64,000 nucleotides of DNA from Thermoplasmatota archaeon (GCA_040751795.1 JBFMHR010000002.1:192001-256000), one strand, 5' to 3'; shown: positions 19,316 through 28,915, counted from the stretch's first letter. Notes: a model not told the origin generated them from the letters alone. Program-made: numbers and translations.

Positions 19316-20752
19316 ATGGCAGTCGGCAGATTCGTGTTCTTGAGCAGGGACGAGATGGAACTCGTGCACTCGCAGAGCCTCGAGTGTCTCCGCGAGATAG
19401 GCGTGCACATACCCAGCCGCACGATACTCAGGTCCCTGAAGGACGCGGGCGCCTCCGTGGACGAGTCCAAGATGGTCGCCAGGATCCCCGAGGGGATGGT
19501 CGCCGAGGCGCTGAAGAAGGCACCGAGGTCGTTCAAGATGTGCGCGCGCGACCCGAAGAACGACCTCACGGTCCCGGTCAGCGGACCGCCGTACGCCTCG
19601 ACCACCGGCCTCGGCGTCTACATCCGGGACATGGACACCGGTGAGAGGAGGCCCTCCACCAGGAGGGACATCGCCGACTTCATCAGGCTCGCGGACGCGC
19701 TCAAGGGCGTGGACTTCGTGTGGACGACCCTCACAGCCACCGAGGTCAACCAGGCCTCCCACAGCCTGCACGAGCTCTGGACCGCGATGCAGAACACCAC
19801 GAAGCACGTCAATGGCGTCTCGATCCTCAGCGCGGAGGACGCGAGGGCGCAGGTCGAGCTGGCGTCGCTGGTCGCGGGCGGGAAGGAGGAGCTCAGGAAG
19901 CGCCCCCTCTTCTCGGTCATATGTTGCTCGATAGCCCCGCTGGCGTACGAGACCGGGATAGTCGAGGGGATGGTCGAGCTGTCCAAGGCCGGCATCCCCG
20001 TGATGTCCATGTCCATGTCACTGTCGGGCGGCTCCGCGCCGATAACCATGGCCGGCACGATATGCAACGCCAACACGGAGAACCTGGCCAGCCTCGTGGT
20101 CACGCAGACCTCGGCCCCGGGCGCGCCCCACATCTACTGCTCGTCCTCGGCCCCGATCAACATGAGGACCGGCTCCATCAACTACATGACCGTCGAGCAG
20201 TCCCTGATAGCGGCGTCGCTGGGCCAGATGGCCAGGAGGTACTCCCTCCCGTCGATGGTCGGGGACTGGGGGGTCAACGACACGCCGGACCCCGGGGTCC
20301 CGCACACGTTCACCGAGACGATGGGCCTCTGCCTCAGCACCATGGGCAACTCGGACCTGGTCTCCGGCATAGGCGGCCTCGACGCGGTCAAGGGCGCCTC
20401 CTTCGACCAGGCGGTCATAGAGGCAAAGCTGTGGGAGAGCGTCAGGCACTTCATGAAGCAGTACACCGTCAGCAAGGAGACCATCGCGCTGGACGTCGTG
20501 AAGAAGGTCGGCCACGGCAACACCTTCATAACACACCCTCACACGGCGAGGAACTTCAAGTCCGAGCTCATATTCAAGGACCAGACCTTCGCCAAGTGGG
20601 AGGCGACCTTGTCCCGGGCGATGGTCCCCGAGGCCAAGGAGATCGCCCGCAGGCTGCTGGCCGAGCACAGGGTCCCGGAACTCGGCCGTGACATCGTCTC
20701 CAAGGGGGACGGGGTCATAGCCGCGTTCGAGAGGTCCCACGGCCGCGCCTAA
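19316..20752 (+). CDS. Trimethylamine methyltransferase (MttB) superfamily protein, pyrrolysine-free
   Basis: MttB-type motifs MQNTTKH, IAPLAY, GGSAPITMAG..NTENLA, GHGNTFITHPHT; no in-frame TAG; GGAGG SD. Confidence 0.88.
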   Translation: MAVGRFVFLSRDEMELVHSQSLECLREIGVHIPSRTILRSLKDAGASVDESKMVARIPEGMVAEALKKAPRSFKMCARDPKNDLTVPVSGPPYASTTGLGVYIRDMDTGERRPSTRRDIADFIRLADALKGVDFVWTTLTATEVNQASHSLHELWTAMQNTTKHVNGVSILSAEDARAQVELASLVAGGKEELRKRPLFSVICCSIAPLAYETGIVEGMVELSKAGIPVMSMSMSLSGGSAPITMAGTICNANTENLASLVVTQTSAPGAPHIYCSSSAPINMRTGSINYMTVEQSLIAASLGQMARRYSLPSMVGDWGVNDTPDPGVPHTFTETMGLCLSTMGNSDLVSGIGGLDAVKGASFDQAVIEAKLWESVRHFMKQYTVSKETIALDVVKKVGHGNTFITHPHTARNFKSELIFKDQTFAKWEATLSRAMVPEAKEIARRLLAEHRVPELGRDIVSKGDGVIAAFERSHGRA

Positions 20753-20784
20753 AGCTTGATATCCGGGCCGCCTGATTCGCCACC

Positions 20785-21066
20785 ATGGCAAACAAGGTAC
20801 GCGCAGCGCACATACTGGTCAAGAACGAGGGCCTCGCGAAGGACATCCTGGTCAAGGTCAAGGGCGGGGACTCCTTCGCCGATCTCGCGAAGAAGCACTC
20901 GGAGTGCCCGTCCGGCAAGCAGGGCGGGGACCTCGGCTGGTTCGGAAGGAACATGATGGTGAAGGAGTTCGAGACCGCCGCCTTCAACGGGAAGAAGGGC
21001 GAGGTCGTCGGACCGGTCAAGACGCAGTTCGGCTGGCACATCATCCAGATCGTGGACCAGAAGTGA
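20785..21066 (+). CDS. ppiC: Parvulin-type peptidyl-prolyl isomerase (PpiC-like)
   Basis: AAHILVK, HSECPSGKQGGDLG, MVKEFE, GPVKTQFGWHII. Confidence 0.93.
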   Translation: MANKVRAAHILVKNEGLAKDILVKVKGGDSFADLAKKHSECPSGKQGGDLGWFGRNMMVKEFETAAFNGKKGEVVGPVKTQFGWHIIQIVDQK

Positions 21067-21128
21067 AGCCGCCCGGGGCAACAATCTAATACTCCTACTG
21101 GATGGCGGCGCCCAGGCACAGTGCCACC

Positions 21129-22007
21129 ATGATGGACGCATCGATAGCCTTCGCGCTCACCTCGCTAGCGATCTACGGCTCCACCCAGGTCATCGCCAAG
21201 TTCGCGGTCGGTTCCCTGAACGCGGAATCCATGGTCGCGATGAACTTCCTCGCGTCGGTGCCCGTCTACGTCTTCATACTCGCTGGGGCGCTCATCCTCT
21301 GGGGGGAGTACCTCGACCACCTGGAGTACACGCTCTACGCGGTAATAGGCGCGTCGACGGCCAGGGGCGGCTACTACATCTACCTCCAGGCGCTCGAGAA
21401 AGGGGACGTCAGCATGGTGGGGAGCATAACGGCCGCGTTCCCCGCCGTTACCGCCATCCTCGCCGTGACCCTCCTGGGGGAGGACATCCGCCTCGTCAAC
21501 GCGGGCGGCATCGCCGTCATCATAGCGAGCATGGTCGCCCTGTCGTACTCCCACGGGAGGAAGAACGGCGGCGTCGGGTTCTCGCGGTCCTCGCTCCTCC
21601 TGAGCCTCGCGACGTTCGCGATATGGGGCGTCGGTGGGATATTCATCAAGATGGCCCTGGACGGCCTGCCGCTCATCGCCTACCTGGGCGTCTACCCGCT
21701 CATCCTCCCGCCGATAGCGTTCGCGTACCTGAGGCACAGGAAGGCGACGTGGCGCGTGTTCCTCCCGAAGTGGGTGGCGCCCGTGATCCTCGCGATAGTC
21801 GTCGCGGAGCTGTGGCAGCTCGCGTACTTCGCCGAGACGTCGGCGATATCGGTGGGCTCGGCCTCCGTCGTGTTCCCCCTGATATCCGCCTACCCCATCG
21901 TGACCATAATCGGGGCGCGCCTGTTCCTGAAGGAGAGCATGACGCGCCTGGACCTGGGCCTGATCCTCGCGGTCATCGCGGGGATAGTCATGACTTCCTT
22001 CGCATGA
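21129..22007 (+). CDS. EamA/DMT-family transporter
   Basis: About 10 TM helices in two EamA repeats (LLGE, FLKE). Confidence 0.85.
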   Translation: MMDASIAFALTSLAIYGSTQVIAKFAVGSLNAESMVAMNFLASVPVYVFILAGALILWGEYLDHLEYTLYAVIGASTARGGYYIYLQALEKGDVSMVGSITAAFPAVTAILAVTLLGEDIRLVNAGGIAVIIASMVALSYSHGRKNGGVGFSRSSLLLSLATFAIWGVGGIFIKMALDGLPLIAYLGVYPLILPPIAFAYLRHRKATWRVFLPKWVAPVILAIVVAELWQLAYFAETSAISVGSASVVFPLISAYPIVTIIGARLFLKESMTRLDLGLILAVIAGIVMTSFA

Positions 22008-23172
22008 CGCCCGGGTCGAAGGGTTTTCCCTCTCCGAGCACACGGTGGACCTCGGCCATGAGGCTGCTTATCGGGAGCTTCTGGGGGCACTTCTTCTCGC
22101 ACTCCCTGCAGTGCTTGCACGCGCTGGCCCTCTTCTTGGGGTTGAAGAACCTCTCGTAGGTCCTCCTGGCGTTCCCGAGGTCGTTGTGCACGTAGGCGTC
22201 GTTGTACTCCTCGAAGTTCGTGGGTATGGCTATGCCGTGCGGGCACGGCATGCAGTAGTTGCACTTGGTGCAGGGGATGACCGCCATCGAGCGGTACATC
22301 TTCGTCACGCGCTCGATCAGCCTCCTCTCCCCGGCCCTCAGCTCCCCCACACCGGACCTTCCAGCGGCCCTGAGGTTCCCCCTGACCTGGTTCATGGTGC
22401 TCATGCCGCTGAGCACGGTGGCGACCTCCGGCTGGTCCCAGACCCACTTGAGGGCCAGCTCGAACGGGACAACCCTCCTGCCGCGGAGCCTGAGCGCGTC
22501 CCGTATCTGCCTCGGGGGGTTCGCCAGCCTCCCGCCCAGCAGCGGCTCCATGACCACCACCGGGATCCCCTTGGACGCGGCGTATCTGAGGCCCTTGGTG
22601 CCGGCCTGGTTCTGCGTGTCGAGGTAGTTGTACTGTATCTGGGCCAGGGCCCAGCCGTCGTAGCCGTCGACGATCTTCTTGAACGCCTTGAGGTCGTCGT
22701 GGAAGGAGAACCCTATGCCGCCTATCCTCCCGTCCGCGATGGCCTTCTCGGCCCTCTTGAGAAGGCCGTGCTTGAGGACCGTCTTCTCCCATGCGTCCCC
22801 GTTCAGCGCGTGGAATAGGTAGAAGTCGATATGGTCCGTCCTCAGCCTCCTGAGCTGGGTCGCGAGGAGTCTGTCGAAGTCGGTCTTCTTCTCGATGAGC
22901 CAGACCGGGGACTTGGTGGCTATCCTCACCCTGTCCCTGTACCCGCCCCTCAGCGCCTTGCCCACGATGACCTCGCCCTTCTTCTCGTGGTAGCCGTAGG
23001 CGGTGTCGACGTAGTTCACGCCCCTGTCGATGGCGTGGCGGATCATGCCGATGGCCTCCGCCTCCCTGATCCTCTTCGTCATGGGCTGGTCGCCCACGGT
23101 GGGCAGGCGCATCGCCCCGAACCCGAGCGCGGACACCTTCCAGCCGGTCTTTCCGAAGTCGCGGTACTGCAT
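21988..23172 (-). CDS. Aldo/keto reductase with C-terminal 4Fe-4S dicluster domain
   Basis: LGFGAMRLP, YVDTAYGY, GFSFH, MEPLLGG; CTKCNYCMPCP and CKHCRECEKKCPQ. Confidence 0.92.
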   Translation of the reverse strand: MQYRDFGKTGWKVSALGFGAMRLPTVGDQPMTKRIREAEAIGMIRHAIDRGVNYVDTAYGYHEKKGEVIVGKALRGGYRDRVRIATKSPVWLIEKKTDFDRLLATQLRRLRTDHIDFYLFHALNGDAWEKTVLKHGLLKRAEKAIADGRIGGIGFSFHDDLKAFKKIVDGYDGWALAQIQYNYLDTQNQAGTKGLRYAASKGIPVVVMEPLLGGRLANPPRQIRDALRLRGRRVVPFELALKWVWDQPEVATVLSGMSTMNQVRGNLRAAGRSGVGELRAGERRLIERVTKMYRSMAVIPCTKCNYCMPCPHGIAIPTNFEEYNDAYVHNDLGNARRTYERFFNPKKRASACKHCRECEKKCPQKLPISSLMAEVHRVLGEGKPFDPGVMRRKS

Positions 23173-23255
23173 CCGGTCACACCCAGTCGGGCCTATCCGG
23201 TCCCTCGTCCGGGTGACCTGCCTGCGGAGTAAAGAACGTTGCCCCGCCCATCAGG

Positions 23256-24386
23256 TCAGCGCTTCTTCCCCGCGAGGAGCTCCCTGAGGAGCTCGTCGAC
23301 CCTGTCCAGGCCCGCATGCAGGTACTCCTTCGGCGGGCCCGTGCCCATCCTCATGTAGCCGTCCATGCCGAAGTGGTCGCCGGGCACCATCAGGACGGAC
23401 TTCTCCTTCCTAAGGCGCTCGGCGAGGACCGTGGAGTTGATCTCCATGTTGTACCTGATGTAGCATATCGCGCCCGCCGCCGGAGGCACGTGCGAGAACA
23501 GCTCGCCGTGCGCGTCCATCCACTCCTTCACGATGGGATAGTTCTTCTTCAGGATCGACCTGGTCCTGTCGAAGATCCACTTCCTCTTCTTCGGCTCGAG
23601 GGCCAGCGTGGCCAGCCTGTCCGACGGGGCGGCCGGCGTGAGGGTGAGGTAGTCGTGGTGGTGCTTCACGCGGGCGAGCACATCCGGCTGGCCCACGAGC
23701 CATCCGATGCGAAGCCCTGGCAGACCGTAGGCTTTGCTCAGGCCGTTCGTTATGAGCGTCCTCTCATAGTCGCTCCAGAGCGACTCTGTAAGCGGCGCTT
23801 CCCTCTCGGCCCCGAGATACACCTCGTCGGAGAGGAGCCACGCGCCCGAGTCCTTGGCCGCGTCCAGGAGCGCCTTGCGCTGCTTCTTGCCCATGATCGC
23901 CCCGGTCGGGTTGTTCGGGTTGCAGACCTGGATGGCCTTGGTCTTCTTGGTCACGACCTCCTTGAGGTCCTCGGGGTCGAACTGCCAGCCCAGCTCCTCC
24001 CTGAGCTTGAGCTGCCTGATCTTGAGGCCCCAGGTCTTCGCCAGCCCCCACATCTGCGCGTAGTTGGGGGTCATCAGGGCGACCTCGTCCCCCTTCTCGA
24101 AGAGGTGCCACGCGGCGATGAAGTTCGCCTCCGACGAGCCGTTGGTGACGAAGATATTCTCGACGCCGGCTCCCTTGTACGTGGCCGCAACGGCGGCCCT
24201 GAGGCCCGGGGTCCCATCTGCGTGCGGATACCCCAGAGGGAGCTGGAGGAACTCCTTCGCCGCCTTCTCCCCGCCCAGCAGCTCCTCGATCTTCAGGGCG
24301 TGCACTCCGCTCTCTGACAGCTCGTAGTCGACGACCCGTTCGTACATCGATTGCCAGCGTTCCATCTCGAAAAGTTCGACCTTCAT
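23256..24386 (-). CDS. PLP-dependent aminotransferase class I/II
   Basis: NPNNPTG, SDEVY, SKAYGLPGLRIGW. Confidence 0.92.
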   Translation of the reverse strand: MKVELFEMERWQSMYERVVDYELSESGVHALKIEELLGGEKAAKEFLQLPLGYPHADGTPGLRAAVAATYKGAGVENIFVTNGSSEANFIAAWHLFEKGDEVALMTPNYAQMWGLAKTWGLKIRQLKLREELGWQFDPEDLKEVVTKKTKAIQVCNPNNPTGAIMGKKQRKALLDAAKDSGAWLLSDEVYLGAEREAPLTESLWSDYERTLITNGLSKAYGLPGLRIGWLVGQPDVLARVKHHHDYLTLTPAAPSDRLATLALEPKKRKWIFDRTRSILKKNYPIVKEWMDAHGELFSHVPPAAGAICYIRYNMEINSTVLAERLRKEKSVLMVPGDHFGMDGYMRMGTGPPKEYLHAGLDRVDELLRELLAGKKR

Positions 24387-24550
24387 CCTTACCGTCCCCG
24401 CGCCCGCATGCGCTTGCCCAGGTTAAATAATTCGCGTGGACGCCGGCGGCGCTGCGGGAGGTCTCGGAGCTACTTGAGCCGAGGAAATCACCGAGTGCAA
24501 TCAAACCTTTGATTGAAAACGAAAAATATTTGTCTGGCTACGCATAGGTG

Positions 24551-24624
24551 TGCGGCCGTCGGGATTTGAACCCGAGTTTTTAGCTTGGCAAGCTAAAGTG
24601 ATAACCAGTCTACACTACGGCCGC
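24551..24624 (-). tRNA. tRNA-Gly (anticodon GCC), CCA not encoded
   Basis: Reverse complement: acceptor GCGGCCG/CGGCCGC, anticodon arm TTAGC-TTGCCAA-GCTAA, T arm TCGGG-TTCAAAT-CCCGA, discriminator A. Confidence 0.97.
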
Positions 24625-24656
24625 ATTCGAGCACGCCTCCAATATCGAGGGGCCAT

Positions 24657-25979
24657 TTATACCTTGTGCGCCGCCTTGTTGTCCGCCTTCTGCCTGGCCC
24701 GGCGCCACTGGATGGCCTCCCCGACCAGGTACAGGGAGCCTATCGCGCACACGCCCTCGCCCCTGAACTCTGCGAGCGCTTTCTCGATGGCGTCGCCCGA
24801 GCGGAGGACCACGCTGACGGGCCCCGCGTACTCCTGCCTCACGACCGCGCCCAGCTCTTCGGCCCCCATCGCCCTCTTGTTGTCGACCTGCGTGACCACG
24901 AACATCGCGGCACGGGGTGCCAAGGCCCTCACGATCTCCCTCGCGTCCTTGTCCTTCATGCACCCGAGCACGAACGTGAGCGGGGTCATGCCGAACGCCT
25001 CGAGGGTCCTGGCCGTGGTGAGGGCCCCGTCCGGGTTGTGGCTGCCGTCGAACATGAGCATGGGTTTCCTCGAGACCACATCGAGCCTGCCCGGCCACCT
25101 CGCCCCCTTCAGCCCCGCGCGGACCTCCTCGTCCGTCACCTGGACCCCTTTGGCGGCCAGCCGCTCGACCGCGGCCACTGCGAGGGCAGCGTTCTCCGCT
25201 TGATAGGCACCTAAGAGCCCGGTCCTGAGCCCGGGGATCTCCCGGAGGCCCCTGTAGTCGAAACGTGTCCCGGACAGGCTCTGGCTGACGCAGGAGACAC
25301 CGAAGTCCCTCCCGAACCTCGCCAAGCGGCACCCCCCCCTGTCGCAGGCCTGCTGGAACAGCCCAAGAACCGCAGGATCCTTCTCGCAGGTCACGACGTC
25401 GCATCCACCCTTGATGATCCCGGCCTTCTCGCCAGCGATCTCCATGATGGTCTTGCCCAGGTAGTCCGTGTGCTCCAGCCCTATGCGGGTTATGGCCGCC
25501 ACGTCCGGCAGGATTATGTTCGTAGCGTCGAGCCTGCCACCCATCCCGACCTCCGCCACGACGAAGTCCACGCCCTTCTCCTTGAAGTACTGGAACGCGA
25601 GGCCCGTGGTGAACTCGAAGAACGTCAGCTGCTTCTCCTTTCCGTGGGATGCCATGTCCTCCATTTGGACCCGGAGTTCCTCCCCCAGCCTCACCACGTC
25701 CCTCTGGGGGATCATCCGTCCGTCGACCCTGATCCTCTCCCTGAAGTCGACCAGGTGCGGCGAGGTGTAAAGGCCCACCTTCAGCCCGTGCCGCCTCAGC
25801 ATCTCCGAGACGAACGTGCAGACGGAGCCCTTCCCGTTGGTGCCCGTGACGTGGACGGACCTGAAGTCCAGGTGGGGGTCCCCTATCCTGTGCGAGAACT
25901 CCCTCATGTTGTCCAGGCCGAGCTTGATGCCGAACCTCTCGAGGTTGAACATCCAGTCGACCATCTGGGCGTAGGACAT
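24657..25979 (-). CDS. folC: Dihydrofolate/folylpolyglutamate synthase
   Basis: HVTGTNGKGS, YTSPHL, EVGMGGRLDATN, WPGR, DGSHN. Confidence 0.93.
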   Translation of the reverse strand: MSYAQMVDWMFNLERFGIKLGLDNMREFSHRIGDPHLDFRSVHVTGTNGKGSVCTFVSEMLRRHGLKVGLYTSPHLVDFRERIRVDGRMIPQRDVVRLGEELRVQMEDMASHGKEKQLTFFEFTTGLAFQYFKEKGVDFVVAEVGMGGRLDATNIILPDVAAITRIGLEHTDYLGKTIMEIAGEKAGIIKGGCDVVTCEKDPAVLGLFQQACDRGGCRLARFGRDFGVSCVSQSLSGTRFDYRGLREIPGLRTGLLGAYQAENAALAVAAVERLAAKGVQVTDEEVRAGLKGARWPGRLDVVSRKPMLMFDGSHNPDGALTTARTLEAFGMTPLTFVLGCMKDKDAREIVRALAPRAAMFVVTQVDNKRAMGAEELGAVVRQEYAGPVSVVLRSGDAIEKALAEFRGEGVCAIGSLYLVGEAIQWRRARQKADNKAAHKV

Positions 25980-26003
25980 GCAGGGTGGGAATGGAATCCT
26001 GTA

Positions 26004-26777
26004 TTAAGGGATTCTGCGGCCCGCGGCGGCCTCATCCGTCCACGCGCCCAGGCCCATCCCCCTGGCCTTCGCGAGGCGCTTCATCTCCTTCATGACGCCG
26101 GAGCTGTACTGGGCGGCCTTCTTGGGAGCGTCGTGCGACACGACCCCGAGGGACCTCGCTGCGTCCCTCAGGACCGCCTTCCTGTTCCCGCCGCCCAGCT
26201 TCCTGTCCAGGGGGAGCGACTTCGCGAAGGAGACGATCTCCGGGGAGGCGAACGGCGCCTCGAGGCGCTTGCCGAGGGAGGAGGCGTACCCCCTGAGGAG
26301 CGCGTGCTCGGCGAGCATCTTGCCCAGGTCGCGCTCCATGGACGCCTCGACGGCGGCGTCATCGGCGTACTTGGCGTACCCTCCGAAGAGCTCGTCGGCG
26401 CCGCTTCCCACGAGCACGACGCTCTCTTCGCAGGAGTCGATGACGCAAACCACGGGCACCGTGTACGCCACCCTGAGCGGGTCGCTGGTGCCGAGCGCCG
26501 CGGCCGTCTTCCGGACCGCGTCCATCAACCCCTGCTCGTCCAGGGCCAGCATGCGCAGGTCGGCCCCTTCCTCCTCCGCGGCGGTCGGGGCGCGCGAGTG
26601 GTCGTGGGAGCCGCGGACGGCGCACGTGTACGCCCTGGTCTCCGCGCACTCCCTGGCGACCCTCTCCACCAGTGCGCTATCGACGCCTCCCGAGTACGCC
26701 ACGGCGACGGAGCCGGAGCTGGCCACGCATTCCCTGACAGAAATCCTAAGGAGTTTGAGCAGCCGCTCCGCGTCCAT
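26004..26777 (-). CDS. Stand-alone asparagine-synthase C-terminal (ATP pyrophosphatase) domain protein
   Basis: AYSGGVDS, GSGADELFGGY, KKAAQYSSG; no N-terminal glutaminase domain. Confidence 0.85.
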   Translation of the reverse strand: MDAERLLKLLRISVRECVASSGSVAVAYSGGVDSALVERVARECAETRAYTCAVRGSHDHSRAPTAAEEEGADLRMLALDEQGLMDAVRKTAAALGTSDPLRVAYTVPVVCVIDSCEESVVLVGSGADELFGGYAKYADDAAVEASMERDLGKMLAEHALLRGYASSLGKRLEAPFASPEIVSFAKSLPLDRKLGGGNRKAVLRDAARSLGVVSHDAPKKAAQYSSGVMKEMKRLAKARGMGLGAWTDEAAAGRRIP

Positions 26778-26848
26778 GGTGCACGGAACAATCTATGTCC
26801 GTGATATAGTCATCGCGGCGGGGCTGCTGGAACATCGGAAGCTCTCGC

Positions 26849-26944
26849 TCACTTCTCTAAGAAATCACCGTCGACCTCGTCCGCGAAGTCGTCGAAGAGT
26901 TTCAGATAGTCGATCGAGGACTCGTCTGTCCTCACATTGTCCAT
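26849..26944 (-). CDS. Small acidic protein (31 aa), unannotated
   Basis: MDNVRTDESSIDYLKLFDDFADEVDGDFLEK* preceded by a GAGGTGA SD. Confidence 0.55.
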   Translation of the reverse strand: MDNVRTDESSIDYLKLFDDFADEVDGDFLEK

Positions 26945-27020
26945 CTTCTCTCACCTCGCCCCCCATCTCGTCCCCAGGGGATATCATCCTTGCGGCCCGA
27001 GGTCCAATAGGCCGCAGCCC

Positions 27021-27041
27021 TCCTATATATTCTATATAGGA
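27021..27041. promoter_or_regulatory. Perfect palindrome TCCTATATA-TTC-TATATAGGA, candidate operator upstream of the PhoU regulator
   Basis: 9-bp inverted repeat about 70 bp upstream of the ATG at 27110. Confidence 0.55.
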
Positions 27042-27109
27042 AGGGGATTATACGGCAACCAGGTATGAGAGGTAACAGCCGGGGCAGTCCAGGGTAGGAG
27101 GTTGACAGC

Positions 27110-28120
27110 ATGGAGACCAGGAAGATCCAGAAGACCGGCGGCTCGACCTACATAGTCTCGCTGCCCAAGTACTGGGTGGCGGGGGCGAAGCTCAAGGAGG
27201 GGGACTCTGTGTCCATGTCCGTCGACAGCGGCGGGACCTTGGTCGTGGACCCCGTGACCGGCGGCAAGCGCCCCGCGGTCTCGATAGAGGTGTTCGTGGA
27301 CGAGGAGGAGAATTCCCTCCACTTCCTGCGGAGGCTCATAGGCCTGTACGTCACCGGCTACGACGAGATCGTGGTTCGTTCGAGGGGAAGGATCCCCACG
27401 GAGACCAGGACGGCCGTCCGCGACTTCACCAGGAGGGTGATCGGCCCCCAGATAGTCGAGGAGTCGGCCTCCGCGATAACAATACTCGACGTCGCGGACC
27501 ACTCTCACCTGGACATGAGGAAGATTCTCAAGCGCATGCACCTGATGGCGCGCTCGATGCACGGCGACGCCATCGAGGCCATGGTCGAGGGCAACGCGGA
27601 GCTCGCCGCGGACGTCGTCGCGAGGGACGACGAGGTTGACAGGCTCTACTGGTTCATGTCGAAGCAGCAGGGCATGATGATGAGGGACCCCGGAATGGTG
27701 AGGAAGGTCGGCGTGAGCGTCCCGGAGGCGACCTACTATCTCTCCGCCTCGAAGGCGCTCGAGAGGATAGCGGACCACGCCGCCCGGATAGCCCTCAGGG
27801 CCGGGGCGCTCGCGGGCGAGAGGCTCCCCGAGAAGGTCGTCGCGGAGGCGAGGGCCTACAGCGCGACGGTCGTCTCGGTGCTCGACAGGTCCGTGGAATC
27901 GATGCTCAAGGGCGACCTGAAGGTGGCCAACGAGGTCGTCGACGAGGCCGAGACCCTCCGGGGGAGGAGGGAGCCCTTCATGAGGCTCCTGATGGACCAG
28001 AAGGGGCGGTTCGCGGTCCCACTGACCCTGATCATGGAGAGCCTCGAGAGGACCGCCCTCTACTCGGCGGACATCGCCGAGATAGGCATCAACCTGGCGG
28101 GGAACCACGCCAAGGCATGA
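27110..28120 (+). CDS. phoU: Archaeal phosphate uptake regulator (AbrB-type N-domain plus two PhoU domains)
   Basis: RKIQKTGGSTYIVSLPK; DDEVDRLY, LERIADHA, SLERTALY. Confidence 0.92.
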   Translation: METRKIQKTGGSTYIVSLPKYWVAGAKLKEGDSVSMSVDSGGTLVVDPVTGGKRPAVSIEVFVDEEENSLHFLRRLIGLYVTGYDEIVVRSRGRIPTETRTAVRDFTRRVIGPQIVEESASAITILDVADHSHLDMRKILKRMHLMARSMHGDAIEAMVEGNAELAADVVARDDEVDRLYWFMSKQQGMMMRDPGMVRKVGVSVPEATYYLSASKALERIADHAARIALRAGALAGERLPEKVVAEARAYSATVVSVLDRSVESMLKGDLKVANEVVDEAETLRGRREPFMRLLMDQKGRFAVPLTLIMESLERTALYSADIAEIGINLAGNHAKA

Positions 28121-28241
28121 GCCGCCGGGGCGGCGCCGCTGGCCTCCCGTGTGCCAGCCAGGCATTTACCAAAGGCTTAAGAGGGGCAGAGTTTATTTAC
28201 CCGAAGAGCATGTTTGAGCCTCCCTGAGCGGAGGGGACCTT

Positions 28242-28784
28242 ATGAGCGACGATGACCTAATGAAAGTCAAGATATGCTTCATCGGGGACGCGGGCGTCGG
28301 CAAGACCAGCCTTATAAAGAGATTCGTCCTGGACGTCTTCGACGACAGGTACATTGCCACCATCGGCACGAAGGTCACCAAGAAGATCGTGGAGGTCAAC
28401 GACCAGGGTGTCAACACCAAGGTCATGATGCTCGTCTGGGACATCATGGGCCAGAAGGGCTTCAGGGAGCTGCTCCGCGAGGCGTACTTCTTCGGCGCCC
28501 ACGGCGCCATCGCGGTGTGCGACCTGACGAACAAGGAGACCCTGGAGGAGCTCAGGTACTGGATCAAGGCCCTGACGGACGTGGCGGGCGATGTCCCGAT
28601 CGTGTTCGCGGGGAACAAGGCCGACATGGAGAACGAGCGGGTCGTCAAGGAGACCGACCTGCAGGAGCTGGCCGCCAAGTACAATTCCAAGGCCTTCCTC
28701 ACCAGCGCCAAGACCGGACAGAACGTCGACGAGGTCTTCAAGGCCCTCGGCCTGGCCGTCTCCGAGAAGATGGGCTCCAAGTAG
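28242..28784 (+). CDS. Rab/Ras-like small GTPase
   Basis: G1 GDAGVGKTS, G2 YIATIG, G3 WDIMGQ, G4 NKAD, G5 TSAKTG; no C-terminal prenylation cysteine. Confidence 0.95.
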   Translation: MSDDDLMKVKICFIGDAGVGKTSLIKRFVLDVFDDRYIATIGTKVTKKIVEVNDQGVNTKVMMLVWDIMGQKGFRELLREAYFFGAHGAIAVCDLTNKETLEELRYWIKALTDVAGDVPIVFAGNKADMENERVVKETDLQELAAKYNSKAFLTSAKTGQNVDEVFKALGLAVSEKMGSK

Positions 28785-28915
28785 GCGCCAGTGTCCATTA
28801 CCAGGCCTGATAACGATTTGAGAACGCTTATAAGCCCAGCAGCGGCTATGAACCTACCTGCGGATAGCGAGAGGGGCGTCTTAGACGCATGATGGAGGTT
28901 CGCGTAGGAGGCAGC

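Noticed and set aside
24387-24660. Integrative element at tRNA-Gly; palindrome CAATCAAA-CC-TTTGATTG at 24498-24515
   Set aside because: No integrase and no duplicated tRNA 3' end seen; the palindrome lies beside a T-rich tract downstream of the tRNA and is probably termination-related.
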